Assembly (NCBI GenBank): GCA_039916485.1
Contig: JBDSLH010000007.1
Location: 1,832 to 65,831, forward strand
Direction of reading: 5' to 3'
From: Candidatus Saccharimonadales bacterium
Lineage (GTDB): Bacteria > Patescibacteriota > Saccharimonadia > Saccharimonadales > Saccharimonadaceae
Length of the DNA stretch: 64,000 nucleotides
Shown: piece by piece, positions 10,400-20,986 of the stretch
Position numbering within the stretch: the first letter of the stretch is position 1
Layout of the letters: every line of letters starts with the position of its first letter
Notes under the pieces: model-generated
What the model saw: only the letters and a program-made list of their open reading frames with translations
The model's database searches: none
What the model was told of the DNA's origin: nothing
Position numbers and translations under genes: made by a program

Positions 10400-10972
10400 A
10401 TGTATATGTCTCATATTGGTACCCGCTCCTATATCAACAACGTACTCCGCCTCATAGGTGCAAACGGGTTGAGCGGCATGGTATTCCCTACCGGCAGGAT
10501 TAGCGAGGTATCTGCAGCCATGCTGTCTATGCTCAAAGCTCCAGAGCATATATCTTCACATAGGCTAATTGCTGAGTTGCGCCGTCAAGATCTCGTCCTC
10601 ATCACAAAACTGGATGGGTCGATAAAAGTACAGCTTAGCGTCAAAGGTGTGCACCGACTGCAACTGGCAGAAATTCGATCCACAGCTGTTGCATCACAAA
10701 AGACGTGGGATCACATATGGCGAATGGTTGTATTTGATATTCCTGCTAGACATGCTGATTCAAGATATCTTTTGACGTCTGAGCTAAAACGGCTAGGGTT
10801 TGTCATGCTACAAAATAGTATGTGGATACATCCATACCCATGTTTTGAACAAATATCTATCATGGTCCAGTATGCCAACATACAACCATTTGTTACCTAT
10901 GCAGAGATTTCAAGTATTGATATGAGATCACAACAGAAATTGTTAGTTCAGTATCCGGAGTTATCAAATTAA
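10400..10972 (+). CDS. PaaX-like / Cas2-fold domain regulator (winged-helix N-terminus + Cas2-like ferredoxin-fold C-terminus)
   Basis: WRMVVFDIPARHADSRYLLTSELKRLGFVMLQNSMWIHPYP matches the beta1-alpha1 ...Q.S.W pattern of Cas2/PaaX-C domains. There is no cas1 or CRISPR array nearby. Confidence 0.5.
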   Translation: MYMSHIGTRSYINNVLRLIGANGLSGMVFPTGRISEVSAAMLSMLKAPEHISSHRLIAELRRQDLVLITKLDGSIKVQLSVKGVHRLQLAEIRSTAVASQKTWDHIWRMVVFDIPARHADSRYLLTSELKRLGFVMLQNSMWIHPYPCFEQISIMVQYANIQPFVTYAEISSIDMRSQQKLLVQYPELSN

Positions 10973-11001
10973 TTGTGGTGGGCTAGTTTAGCTCACTACA
11001 A

Positions 11002-12339
<1,338 letters not shown>

Positions 12340-13458
12340 TTATTGAATGTAGTTGTATCGAGATGCAGCGCCGGCATCAAGAGTACGGTATGATTTGACG
12401 TTCCAACCAGCATAGTTCATCTCAGAGATTGTGATGCTTCCATCAGCGCCCATGCTCTCTACGACCGCAACGTGACCGTATCCACCAGCGCTATAGCTGT
12501 CTTGCATGACTGCACCAACTGAAGGCGTATTGCTCACAGGATAACCACTTGCTCGAGCAAATCCTGCCCAAGTAGATGCATTTCCCCAGAAGCTACCAAC
12601 TGGGCGACCAAGCTCAGCGCGTCGGTTATATGCGTACCACGTACAGTATCCATAGTCATACCTGTTACCAACCGCTGCTGCATTTGCATAGTAGCTACCA
12701 CCACCAGATGATCGCGCAGGTGTAGTGGTCCGTGCGGCTGCAATAGACTCGGGTCGTTCAGCAAGTGGAAGCACACCATCAGGTATAACCAGACGTTGGC
12801 CGCTCACTATACCACTGACTTCAAGATCATTATAGGTAATAATTCGTTCTTTGACAGAACTATATTTGCTCGCGATGGAATCAATTGTATCACCATCTTT
12901 AACCGTGTAGACAACACCATTTACACCAGGAATAGCTACCTTGGTACCAGGTGTGAGGGCATCATTTGTGATACCGTTTGCCCATTTGAGAGTTTGTTTT
13001 GTTATACCAAATCGATCAGCAACAGACTGTGCATTGTCACCTGTTGCTATTGTATATTCTGTGATCCCTCGTTGGCCGGTGCCTGATTGGACAATTTGAG
13101 GTTTTGAGAGGACTGTATCGCTCACTTGTGAGAGCTCACTTTTAGCGCCAAGGGTAATTGAAAGGTTCGTGACATTGCTGGTTACAGAGAGATTGGCTAT
13201 CTGTGCCGTTGCAGCCGCAAGCTCAGCTGCTTGGAGCTGATCTACTGACGGATTTTCGAGCTGCATTGTTCGAGGAGTGTCAGACTGTGAAGACACCTGT
13301 TGCTCGATTGGCGATTGATACCCAACTGACACGACACTTGCAATAAGCGCGACAACGGTCGCGTATGTAGTAAATGTAGTTATTTTTTGAAGACGTCGCG
13401 TTCGCGAACGTTTAGTAGGCTGAGTTGATTCAGGCGAACCTGAGAATAAAGGGCTAAT
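12340..13458 (-). CDS. Secreted/membrane-anchored peptidoglycan hydrolase: signal anchor + 2 LysM repeats + CHAP domain
   Basis: LysM repeats (YTIATGDNAQSVADRFGITKQTLKWANG; YTVKDGDTIDSIASKY). CHAP domain (YGYCTWYAYNRR ... GHVAVVE). The ORF-track start (GTG, 13332) cuts off an in-frame KRSRTRRLQK + TM helix. The 5' end given here is a proposed ATT start with a GGAG SD 7 nt upstream. Confidence 0.75.
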   Translation of the reverse strand: MSPLFSGSPESTQPTKRSRTRRLQKITTFTTYATVVALIASVVSVGYQSPIEQQVSSQSDTPRTMQLENPSVDQLQAAELAAATAQIANLSVTSNVTNLSITLGAKSELSQVSDTVLSKPQIVQSGTGQRGITEYTIATGDNAQSVADRFGITKQTLKWANGITNDALTPGTKVAIPGVNGVVYTVKDGDTIDSIASKYSSVKERIITYNDLEVSGIVSGQRLVIPDGVLPLAERPESIAAARTTTPARSSGGGSYYANAAAVGNRYDYGYCTWYAYNRRAELGRPVGSFWGNASTWAGFARASGYPVSNTPSVGAVMQDSYSAGGYGHVAVVESMGADGSITISEMNYAGWNVKSYRTLDAGAASRYNYIQ

Positions 13459-13671
13459 ATCGTTTCTCCATGGTATGAGTTGCCTCTATACCGCTACCGG
13501 TACTCTGTCTTACTCCGTCAGTTGACGGACAGGACGCGCGTCGACCTTGTTCGCTATGGATTAATTGCTGTTTACGTGTTCGTTTTAGCATCCGTACGAC
13601 ATTTGTCGGTAGGCCATTGATATTTTGATATCCACCCGGAAGGAAACCCTCCGATATCATTACCAATGAAC
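13459..13671 (-). promoter_or_regulatory. Long (~210 nt) 5' leader of the LysM/CHAP hydrolase gene; candidate riboswitch-type element
   Basis: Lies downstream of a near-consensus promoter. Contains GUACGGA, UUAAUCC and CCGUCAACUGACGGAGUAAG segments reminiscent (from memory) of ydaO-yuaA (c-di-AMP) riboswitch conserved blocks. Not verified. Confidence 0.3.
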
Positions 13672-13677
13672 GTACTC

Positions 13678-13706
13678 AGTATACTATGTATTGATTTTGA
13701 GGTCAA
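13678..13706 (-). promoter_or_regulatory. Sigma70-type promoter (TTGACC-17-TATACT)
   Basis: The minus strand reads TTGACC TCAAAATCAATACATAG TATACT. Confidence 0.55.
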
Positions 13707-13723
13707 TAGATTATCTAATATAG

Positions 13724-14803
13724 TTATTGACAGAGTGTAGTGCAGTATTTTGAGACATTTGACTCATGCTCAGCCTGTGTCTTTGCAAAATGCGTTGTAC
13801 CGTCATCACCAGCGACAAAATACATAAAATCTCCAGGCGCGGGCTCTGCGACAGCTAGCAGAGCAGAAAATGTAAAGTTTGATATAGGTCCGGGCGGCAA
13901 ACCACCATTTTTGCGTGTGTTGTATGGAGAAGGGTCGTTAACACTTGGTTCTCGACCTTCTCTCTCGGCTATGTACATAAAGGTTACATCAGATCCGAGC
14001 ACAACACCTTCTTTCAGACGTTTGTGAAACACTTGAGCGACTTGCTTTTGCTCAGAAGCGTCTGATACTTCCTTTTGGACGATCGAGGCCAATATTATGC
14101 CTTGACGGAGTGACAGCCCTTGTTGCTGGAGCTTTGCTGTGATGTTTTGCTCATCTACCAGCTCTGAAAGCTCGTCGAAACTCAATTGGAATATTTTTGT
14201 CAGCGTATCACTTGCCAGCATTCTATACGTTTCAGGGTAAATATAACCTTCAAGAGAATCATTAGCCGATATACCTTCTAATAATTTACTGTCATATGTT
14301 GCACTGTATGCGCTCGTAATCTCATCCCGTGTAAAGCCTTGCTGCGCGAGGCTCCCTTTGACTTCTGGATCGGCGAGCTGTTCTAGCGTCAAACCAGGCA
14401 AAATTGTGACTGACACTTCATCCGTTTTACCTGATGAAATATGATCTACGATCTCACTGAGCGAATATGATTTTTTCAGTATATAGCCACCTGCTTGTAA
14501 CTGACTTTTCTTACCGGTCAACTGCGTATATAGCTGAAAAACAAAAGGGTCATTAATAAGTTTGTTATCGTGAAGACTTTTAGCAATATCCGTCGCACTC
14601 TCACCTGCTGTCACTACAAATCGTACATTTCTGCTACTGCTGCTATCAACAGGCCCCAGAGCGGACATGATATATACACATGCTCCTATCAAGATAATAA
14701 GAATTACTGCTATAACACCTATAATCGGGCGTTTCCATACTGGAATATTATTTGTCTTTGGATTGTCTACGATCACAACGGGAGGAATGTCGGCCGGACT
14801 CAT
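13724..14803 (-). CDS. mltG: Endolytic murein transglycosylase MltG (YceG-like)
   Basis: N-terminal TM anchor, YceG domain with LEGYIYPETY and GLPPGPISN motifs. Confidence 0.9.
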   Translation of the reverse strand: MSPADIPPVVIVDNPKTNNIPVWKRPIIGVIAVILIILIGACVYIMSALGPVDSSSSRNVRFVVTAGESATDIAKSLHDNKLINDPFVFQLYTQLTGKKSQLQAGGYILKKSYSLSEIVDHISSGKTDEVSVTILPGLTLEQLADPEVKGSLAQQGFTRDEITSAYSATYDSKLLEGISANDSLEGYIYPETYRMLASDTLTKIFQLSFDELSELVDEQNITAKLQQQGLSLRQGIILASIVQKEVSDASEQKQVAQVFHKRLKEGVVLGSDVTFMYIAEREGREPSVNDPSPYNTRKNGGLPPGPISNFTFSALLAVAEPAPGDFMYFVAGDDGTTHFAKTQAEHESNVSKYCTTLCQ

Positions 14804-15204
14804 AGTCGCTCAAGATAATCCTGAAGTATTATGGCAGCAGCCTCAGCATCGATGTCTGATTTACCATATGGCTTACCACGCTCACGCAATATTTCTTCGG
14901 CACGAACTGAAGTCAGTGACTCATCCTGGTACGTTATTTGAATGTCTATGTTTCTCTGCAAGTCCGCAGTGAAGCCCTCAATTATCTTTGTCTGGTCTGT
15001 TGTTTCACCTGAGAGGTTGCGTGGATAGCCAACGACGATCGCATCAACAGCTTCGTATGTCACGATATCAATGATTTCATTAAATACATTCGTTGACATC
15101 TCAACTGTCGGTAAAATACGTGGGACTTTTACCTCTGTATCGCCAATAGCCATACCTATTCGTCGTCCACCGATGTCTAGTGCTAGGATGTTACTCTTTG
15201 TCAT
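14800..15204 (-). CDS. ruvX: Holliday-junction resolvase-like nuclease RuvX (YqgF)
   Basis: ILALDIGGRRIGMAIGD, VVGYPRNLSGE, DESLTSV motifs. 4-nt overlap with mltG. Confidence 0.9.
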   Translation of the reverse strand: MTKSNILALDIGGRRIGMAIGDTEVKVPRILPTVEMSTNVFNEIIDIVTYEAVDAIVVGYPRNLSGETTDQTKIIEGFTADLQRNIDIQITYQDESLTSVRAEEILRERGKPYGKSDIDAEAAAIILQDYLERL

Positions 15205-16822
15205 CGTTCACTTGAAACTTGATAATAACTTTGTCTGCAGATGGTGCTTTTGATACCCAAAATGGCGAGAATTCTACCTTTACATCCTCTATACCGTCAT
15301 AGTTTTTGACTTGTGCAATAATCTCACCTTCACGCTTGCCAGCGAGTTGGTTTGCAAGCTTTGTTGCGTCAATTTGTGGACCAATATAGCCCGTTGTTTG
15401 GATAGCCAACTTATAGTTGGCACCCTCTTTTGTGACACTGTTGAATCGCACTGCATCGGTTCCTTTATCATATATTGATTGGTTTGGGATACCAGCAAGT
15501 TGCTTTTTGAGATCCGCCTCGATAATAGCTGCAACATCAGTGCGTTTGAGTCCAAGGAGTGAGTATTTGGTTTCGATAGTAAGCTTGGCAGTCGTAGCTT
15601 CTTGGCCAACCGCGGGAGATACTGTTGGGTTACCTGGAGTTACAGCAAAGCTTTCGTCAACGATCATGACATCCCCTGGAAATTGCTTTTTGAGTTCAGC
15701 CTTTATCTTGTCTGCATTTTCTGACGCCAACTTTTCGCGAGCAGCAGCAGCATCACCTTCACTAACAACAGTAACCGTCTTATCGGTACCACCACCACTC
15801 GGACTAGCAAACGATGCAGAAACTCCACTCGGTGCACCACTTAGTGAGCCATTGGCGCCATTGGAGCTTGATCCTGCTTGTGCTGAAGTAACCCCACCTG
15901 AGGATTTACCTGGAGAACAATTAAAGATAGTGCCCGTACATACAGCAGCGGGTACACTGACCGTTGAATCAGTTACAAATATAATGCCACTTGGTGAATT
16001 GAGTTTTGTGCCTGCAGGAATGGATACTGCGTTGAGATTGCTATTAGAGTAATTCGCTGTTCCAGTTGCTTTTTCACCAACATCTTTTTTGCCAGTCGCT
16101 TGGAAATCTACACTTGCAGTTTTGGCTATCTCTTTGGTCGCAGCACCGAGCGTGCCGGCATCTACACTCAATGTCCCACCAGGTGTAGCACTGACTGCTT
16201 TATTAACACTATAAGGGGTGGTTTTAGCGCCGATAACAACAGTTGCACGCGGTGCAAATACAAATGCCCACACTAGCAGTAATATTACTGCAATCACGCC
16301 TCCACCTATCAGTAGTCCTTTATTTCGGAAATTTTCAAAGTTAGGAACCCGAGGTCCACTACGCCGAGCGTTTGCTTTGGCTGCCGATGCAACGCTAGGA
16401 GTGGGTATTGTACTCCCTGCAACTGCACCAGGAGCAACAGTGGTATCATCTACTAGACTGTCATTCATTTCATCGCCAGTGATAACATCATCTTCGACCT
16501 CATCGGCAGTGGCTGCGACTGGTATCTCTGGTTTACTTTGGAGATTTCGAGCAATCGGAATCATCGCTCCTGCAGCCAGCGATATCAAAGCAGGATCACT
16601 TGTAATCATCACAACTCGTTTTTTAGCATTCTCACCAGCTCGTTGCAAAAGTTTTAGATTTACGACACTCTGCAGAACACCAATCCTTTTAGGTGGTACG
16701 AGGGCAACAATAGACGAATCGGCATGTTTAACTTTATCGATAATAGACGTTATATCGTCTTCGATATCGACATAGATAATATCTTTTTTAGGTCCTGAGG
16801 ATGATAGTTGTGGCGTTGTCAT
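15191..16822 (-). CDS. Single-pass membrane protein of unknown function, translationally coupled to ftsA
   Basis: ATGA overlap with the ftsA stop. Cytoplasmic alpha/beta N-domain, TM helix (GLLIGGGVIAVILLLVWAFVF), large Ser/Thr/Ala/Gly-rich extracytoplasmic domain. No family recognised. Confidence 0.6.
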   Translation of the reverse strand: MTTPQLSSSGPKKDIIYVDIEDDITSIIDKVKHADSSIVALVPPKRIGVLQSVVNLKLLQRAGENAKKRVVMITSDPALISLAAGAMIPIARNLQSKPEIPVAATADEVEDDVITGDEMNDSLVDDTTVAPGAVAGSTIPTPSVASAAKANARRSGPRVPNFENFRNKGLLIGGGVIAVILLLVWAFVFAPRATVVIGAKTTPYSVNKAVSATPGGTLSVDAGTLGAATKEIAKTASVDFQATGKKDVGEKATGTANYSNSNLNAVSIPAGTKLNSPSGIIFVTDSTVSVPAAVCTGTIFNCSPGKSSGGVTSAQAGSSSNGANGSLSGAPSGVSASFASPSGGGTDKTVTVVSEGDAAAAREKLASENADKIKAELKKQFPGDVMIVDESFAVTPGNPTVSPAVGQEATTAKLTIETKYSLLGLKRTDVAAIIEADLKKQLAGIPNQSIYDKGTDAVRFNSVTKEGANYKLAIQTTGYIGPQIDATKLANQLAGKREGEIIAQVKNYDGIEDVKVEFSPFWVSKAPSADKVIIKFQVNDDKE

Positions 16823-18099
16823 ACCCGTAGCATTCTGTTTATTTTTTCGCGGATGCTGTCTGCATCTGTACTTCCAACTATAGTATCATATCCAACACGC
16901 AGCAGGCCCATGGCAGTGATGAAAGTGTGGTCCTGTGCGTCGCCTGTTTTATCTTTGATACCAACAACTTCTGAAGGTTTAATCAGCTGGACTGTTGGTT
17001 TTTTGGTAAATGGTAAGTCTTTGTGCCAGTCACTGGCAGACAATGCATGGACGAGCTTCTTTAAACTCGCACCACCACCACAGAGTAAGATTCGCGGCGG
17101 CAGATGGTCAACTGAGTCAAACTCGCTGAGTGCAAGCTCAACACCACCAATCCAAACATCAAGAGTCTTATCGACAGAGGTGTTCAGCTGCTTTACAATA
17201 GATTCTTTGAGATTTGGTTCTTCCATATTTACCTTAAGTTTTTCGGCATCTTCATAGCTGAGATCCATATCGGCACTTATAGTACGAGTAAAGCTTCGTC
17301 CGCCGATACCAAACATTTTGGTGCCCTCGACGCCACCATCGTTCACGACTGCTATGTCTGTCGTACCACCCCCGACGTCAACGAGGATTGCAGTAAATGT
17401 ACTGCTTGCATCTGTGCCGAGTACACTTCGACTTACGGCAAATGGCTCCGCAGCGACAGCGATAAGATCGAGATCGAGTTCAGCTGCAGCCCTCTCAAGC
17501 GCACCTATATGAACCATTGGCGCAAAAGCAGTATATATCTGGATAGCAACGTCTTTGCCTTGAAATCCTATTGGGCTACTGACTCGATAGCCGTCTATAT
17601 GAATACTAACTATTGCAGAGTTCACAAGCTTTACTTCGACGTCATTATTACCGGTTTCAAACGCAATTTGGCGCTGAGCCTTGTCTTGTGCGCGCTCTTG
17701 GACCCGCTCAATAATCAGCTCCATTTCATTGATATCAAGTGGTTTATTAGGCTGAGGCCGTTTGTATCGTATGGTTTGTGTCAATCCTTTGACGAGCTCA
17801 CCTGCGATACCAATAACCGCTCGTTTACCTTGCACACCTGCCTGATCTTCAGCTTTCGAGAGGGCTTCTTCACAATTTCGGACGACGCCAGCAATATCAG
17901 CAATCGCTCCACTATGCATGTCGTCTAGTGATTGTCGTGCGCGTCCTACGCCAAGTATTTCTATATTATCGCCGTCTACTCGAGCGATCAACGCTTTTAC
18001 AAACTCAGTACCGATGTCGAGACCGACAATCAGATCATCGCTACCACTAGATTTGGTAGGTAATTTTGGTAGCTTACCCTTAAGTTTTTTGAGATCCAT
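16819..18099 (-). CDS. ftsA: Actin-like cell-division ATPase FtsA
   Basis: LIVGLDIGTEFVKALIA phosphate-1 motif, VDVGGGTTDIAV phosphate-2, LCGGGASL adenosine motif. ~420 aa FtsA architecture. Confidence 0.8.
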   Translation of the reverse strand: MDLKKLKGKLPKLPTKSSGSDDLIVGLDIGTEFVKALIARVDGDNIEILGVGRARQSLDDMHSGAIADIAGVVRNCEEALSKAEDQAGVQGKRAVIGIAGELVKGLTQTIRYKRPQPNKPLDINEMELIIERVQERAQDKAQRQIAFETGNNDVEVKLVNSAIVSIHIDGYRVSSPIGFQGKDVAIQIYTAFAPMVHIGALERAAAELDLDLIAVAAEPFAVSRSVLGTDASSTFTAILVDVGGGTTDIAVVNDGGVEGTKMFGIGGRSFTRTISADMDLSYEDAEKLKVNMEEPNLKESIVKQLNTSVDKTLDVWIGGVELALSEFDSVDHLPPRILLCGGGASLKKLVHALSASDWHKDLPFTKKPTVQLIKPSEVVGIKDKTGDAQDHTFITAMGLLRVGYDTIVGSTDADSIREKINRMLRV

Positions 18100-18179
18100 C
18101 TAATCATGATTATACAACAGATGATGCTAACGCTCCATAGGTATTGCATAATTATCATTTTTGTGCTATAATTATAATT

Positions 18180-19064
18180 ATGTATGGTGATAATTCATCC
18201 CTCCTGCGCAGCGTAGAATTGCACTCTGCTTCTGCCTCTGTACCTCTAAATGGTACGGAGATGAGCGAACTAAGTGACGTTGTTAGTGGGGCTGCTTACC
18301 ATGTGAGCGTATTTGCTACGCCAAGAATCATCCAGGACTCAATACGATATCCCGTAATGTCTCCTGAATTGCCCTCTGAATTTATTGATCATATTGTACA
18401 CGGCGACGGTAGCATAGAACTGATCACGGCGACGGATAACGTGCTCGGGCGTAAAGTTACAAAGTTGATAGTCCGTAAAAACGTTGATAATAGCGAGGAC
18501 ACGCACAAGACATCACTTATCCAGTTGTCTAACCGTGAAGGCTGGATAAGCGTAGACGATAAAGACAGCGCTACGACATTTACGAACCATGCAGTCGTAA
18601 ACCTTATCCATCGCACAACAGATGCGTTAGACGGTCAATATATTGACCCTAATATGGCCGACCTAGGAGAGGAATTACATAGAGTTTTAGGATTGCAAAC
18701 TGATTTAGCTCGCCAGGCTATACGGATGTACGCGTCAGATGATGTGATAGTGGACTCAAATCTACATGACGTTCATCCTACAAAGCGAGGAATCATACGC
18801 GTGACTAGTAACAATGCAGTACAAGACATGCTAATGATAAGTGATGCGCTATATTTGCCTGACGAGATCAAAGTATCCCGAGCTCTTCGTTTTTCAAATC
18901 GTAAGCCTCATGAAAAAATGCCGACAAGTAGTGTGTGTTCATTGCAGTTCTCGAGCAAAGATTTATCTACCGATGCATTACGCCTACTCGTAGACAGAGA
19001 CGCGAACAGAGATAAAGACTATGCCGGGGTTTTACGAAAAGCAGCGACAGAATTTCAACGCTAA
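18180..19064 (+). CDS. Hypothetical protein
   Basis: Long ORF downstream of an extended -10 (TGTGCTATAAT). Start placed at MYGDNSS (the ORF-track start is 18144). No recognisable motif. Confidence 0.45.
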   Translation: MYGDNSSLLRSVELHSASASVPLNGTEMSELSDVVSGAAYHVSVFATPRIIQDSIRYPVMSPELPSEFIDHIVHGDGSIELITATDNVLGRKVTKLIVRKNVDNSEDTHKTSLIQLSNREGWISVDDKDSATTFTNHAVVNLIHRTTDALDGQYIDPNMADLGEELHRVLGLQTDLARQAIRMYASDDVIVDSNLHDVHPTKRGIIRVTSNNAVQDMLMISDALYLPDEIKVSRALRFSNRKPHEKMPTSSVCSLQFSSKDLSTDALRLLVDRDANRDKDYAGVLRKAATEFQR

Positions 19065-19093
19065 GCTACTATTCAAAACACTGCAGATGTCGC

Positions 19094-20986
19094 CTAGCTT
19101 AAGATAGCTTTGATACGCCTGATACCAGCACTTGATGACTCTTCTTTGACGATTTTAAATCGTTTACCATCCTCAGATAACTCGAGTGTATGATCTACAT
19201 GTGGACCACCGCAGATTTCAAAACTGAATGGTTTCTCAGCATTGTCTGCAATCATTTTGTAGACTTTTACTGTGTCACCATAACGATCACCAAACTGACC
19301 TAAGGCTCCAAGTGGTCCTGTAGCTTCTGCTGTTGGGTATTCTGCAAAACTGACTTTGAGATCTTTACTTATTTGTTCATTGACGATGTCTTCGACTCGT
19401 TTGATTTGCTCAGGAGTTACTTTTTCTGGATGAGAAAAGTCAAACCGCAGTCGCTCTTCGGTAATATTACTTCCGTGTTGCACGACATGATCACCGAGCA
19501 CATCTCGTAACGCTTGGTACATGAGATGAGTCGCGGTATGATATTTTTTGTGCTGAGAAGTTTGTCCACCAAGTCCACCTTTAAACACACCTTTAGCAGC
19601 AGTTTGTGAACGAAGGCGTTGTTCTGACATGTGATCATCAAACTGTTGTCTCCAATCCTTGGGAAGCTCATACCCACGCTTGAGAGCTTCTTCGGTGCTG
19701 AGCTCAACTGGAAAACCATATGTATCGTATAAGGTGAATAATGATGCACCTGAAAGACCGTTTTGTGACATTTTTTCAAGCTCTTTTAGACCCTTGCGCA
19801 ACGTTTGACGAAATACTTTTTCTTCTTTCACAAGTACTGTTACGACATCGTCACGTTTCTCGGCAACTTCTGGAAAGTCATCATGATACATATCTGCTAT
19901 CACCGGTACAACTTCTTGTAAAAAGTTTTGTTCTATTCCGAGGTCAAAACTATAACGTATGGCACGTCGTAATAATCGCCTCATGACGTAACCCTGCTCT
20001 TTATTTGACGGGATGCAGCCATCGACCGCCAAAAATGTTGCAGCACGCAAATGATCCGCAATAACACGCATACTCTCAGTGTTTTGTTCATACGATTTTT
20101 TACTGAGTTTTTCGAGTTTCTCAATAATCGGCCACATGAGACTGATACGGAAAACATCAGGGTTATCGAGCTTGGCTGCAGCTATGCGCTCGAGACCAGA
20201 ACCATGATCAACGTTTTTCTGAGTGAGCGCTTCAAATTGTCCATCTGCAACTTTTTTATATGCCATAAAGACATTGTTTCCAAGCTCCATAAATCGCCCG
20301 CAGTCGCAGTTCGGATGGCATTCTGCGCCGAATTCAGTGTTGTGAGGAGTGCCAAAATCATAAAACATTTCACTATCAGGACCGCATGGATCGTCGATAG
20401 GAGTAGTATCAAGACCAGTTTTGCCACGATTCCACCAGTTGTTGCTATCGTCATAATAAAAGATACGCTCGCCGTCTTTCATACCACGTGCATAGCCGTC
20501 TTGATCACTGCCAATATCTGCGCTATCGTTCGACAAACTCTTCGTTGCAAATAATTTCGCCCATACTTCAGCGGCTTCAGTATCTTTAGGGATATTGTAC
20601 GCCGTATTACCTAAATAGCATGTAACATACACTCTGCTCATATCGAGCTTCACGACATCAGAAAGAAATTCCCACATCCATTCAATTTGTTGCTTCTTGA
20701 AATAATCGCCCATGCTCCAGTTGCCCAGCATTTCAAAAAAGGTTGTGTGCCGATTGTCACCAATGTCTTCGATGTCTTGCGCACGGAGACATGTTTGGGA
20801 ATCAACAATTCGTTTTCCTTGAGGATGAGGTTCACCAAGTAGATACGGAATCATTGGTTGCATTCCTGATCCAGTAAATAATGTGGTCGGATCATCTTTT
20901 AGTACGATTGGCGCACGATTAATAACGACGTGTTGTCGTTCTTCATAAAACCTAAGGTAGGCATTTCGTATTTCTTGAGCTGTCAT
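19094..20986 (-). CDS. alaS: Alanine--tRNA ligase, short form ending after the editing domain (no C-Ala domain)
   Basis: Class II AlaRS N-terminus (FTGSGMQPMIPYL, FEMLGNWSMGDYFK). Editing-domain HTATHLMYQAL and CGGPHV motifs. Ends at ...AGIRRIKAILS. Confidence 0.95.
   Translation of the reverse strand: MTAQEIRNAYLRFYEERQHVVINRAPIVLKDDPTTLFTGSGMQPMIPYLLGEPHPQGKRIVDSQTCLRAQDIEDIGDNRHTTFFEMLGNWSMGDYFKKQQIEWMWEFLSDVVKLDMSRVYVTCYLGNTAYNIPKDTEAAEVWAKLFATKSLSNDSADIGSDQDGYARGMKDGERIFYYDDSNNWWNRGKTGLDTTPIDDPCGPDSEMFYDFGTPHNTEFGAECHPNCDCGRFMELGNNVFMAYKKVADGQFEALTQKNVDHGSGLERIAAAKLDNPDVFRISLMWPIIEKLEKLSKKSYEQNTESMRVIADHLRAATFLAVDGCIPSNKEQGYVMRRLLRRAIRYSFDLGIEQNFLQEVVPVIADMYHDDFPEVAEKRDDVVTVLVKEEKVFRQTLRKGLKELEKMSQNGLSGASLFTLYDTYGFPVELSTEEALKRGYELPKDWRQQFDDHMSEQRLRSQTAAKGVFKGGLGGQTSQHKKYHTATHLMYQALRDVLGDHVVQHGSNITEERLRFDFSHPEKVTPEQIKRVEDIVNEQISKDLKVSFAEYPTAEATGPLGALGQFGDRYGDTVKVYKMIADNAEKPFSFEICGGPHVDHTLELSEDGKRFKIVKEESSSAGIRRIKAILS

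Noticed and set aside
13454-13666. 70-aa minus-strand ORF in the hydrolase leader
   Set aside because: No SD, odd composition, and it ends in the SD region of the downstream gene. It is better explained as non-coding leader. It is kept in mind only as a possible frameshifted N-terminus.
15417-16775. Long plus-strand ORFs 15417-16052 and 16218-16775
   Set aside because: They are antisense to the Ser/Thr/Ala/Gly-rich membrane protein gene. Low-complexity mirror ORFs.
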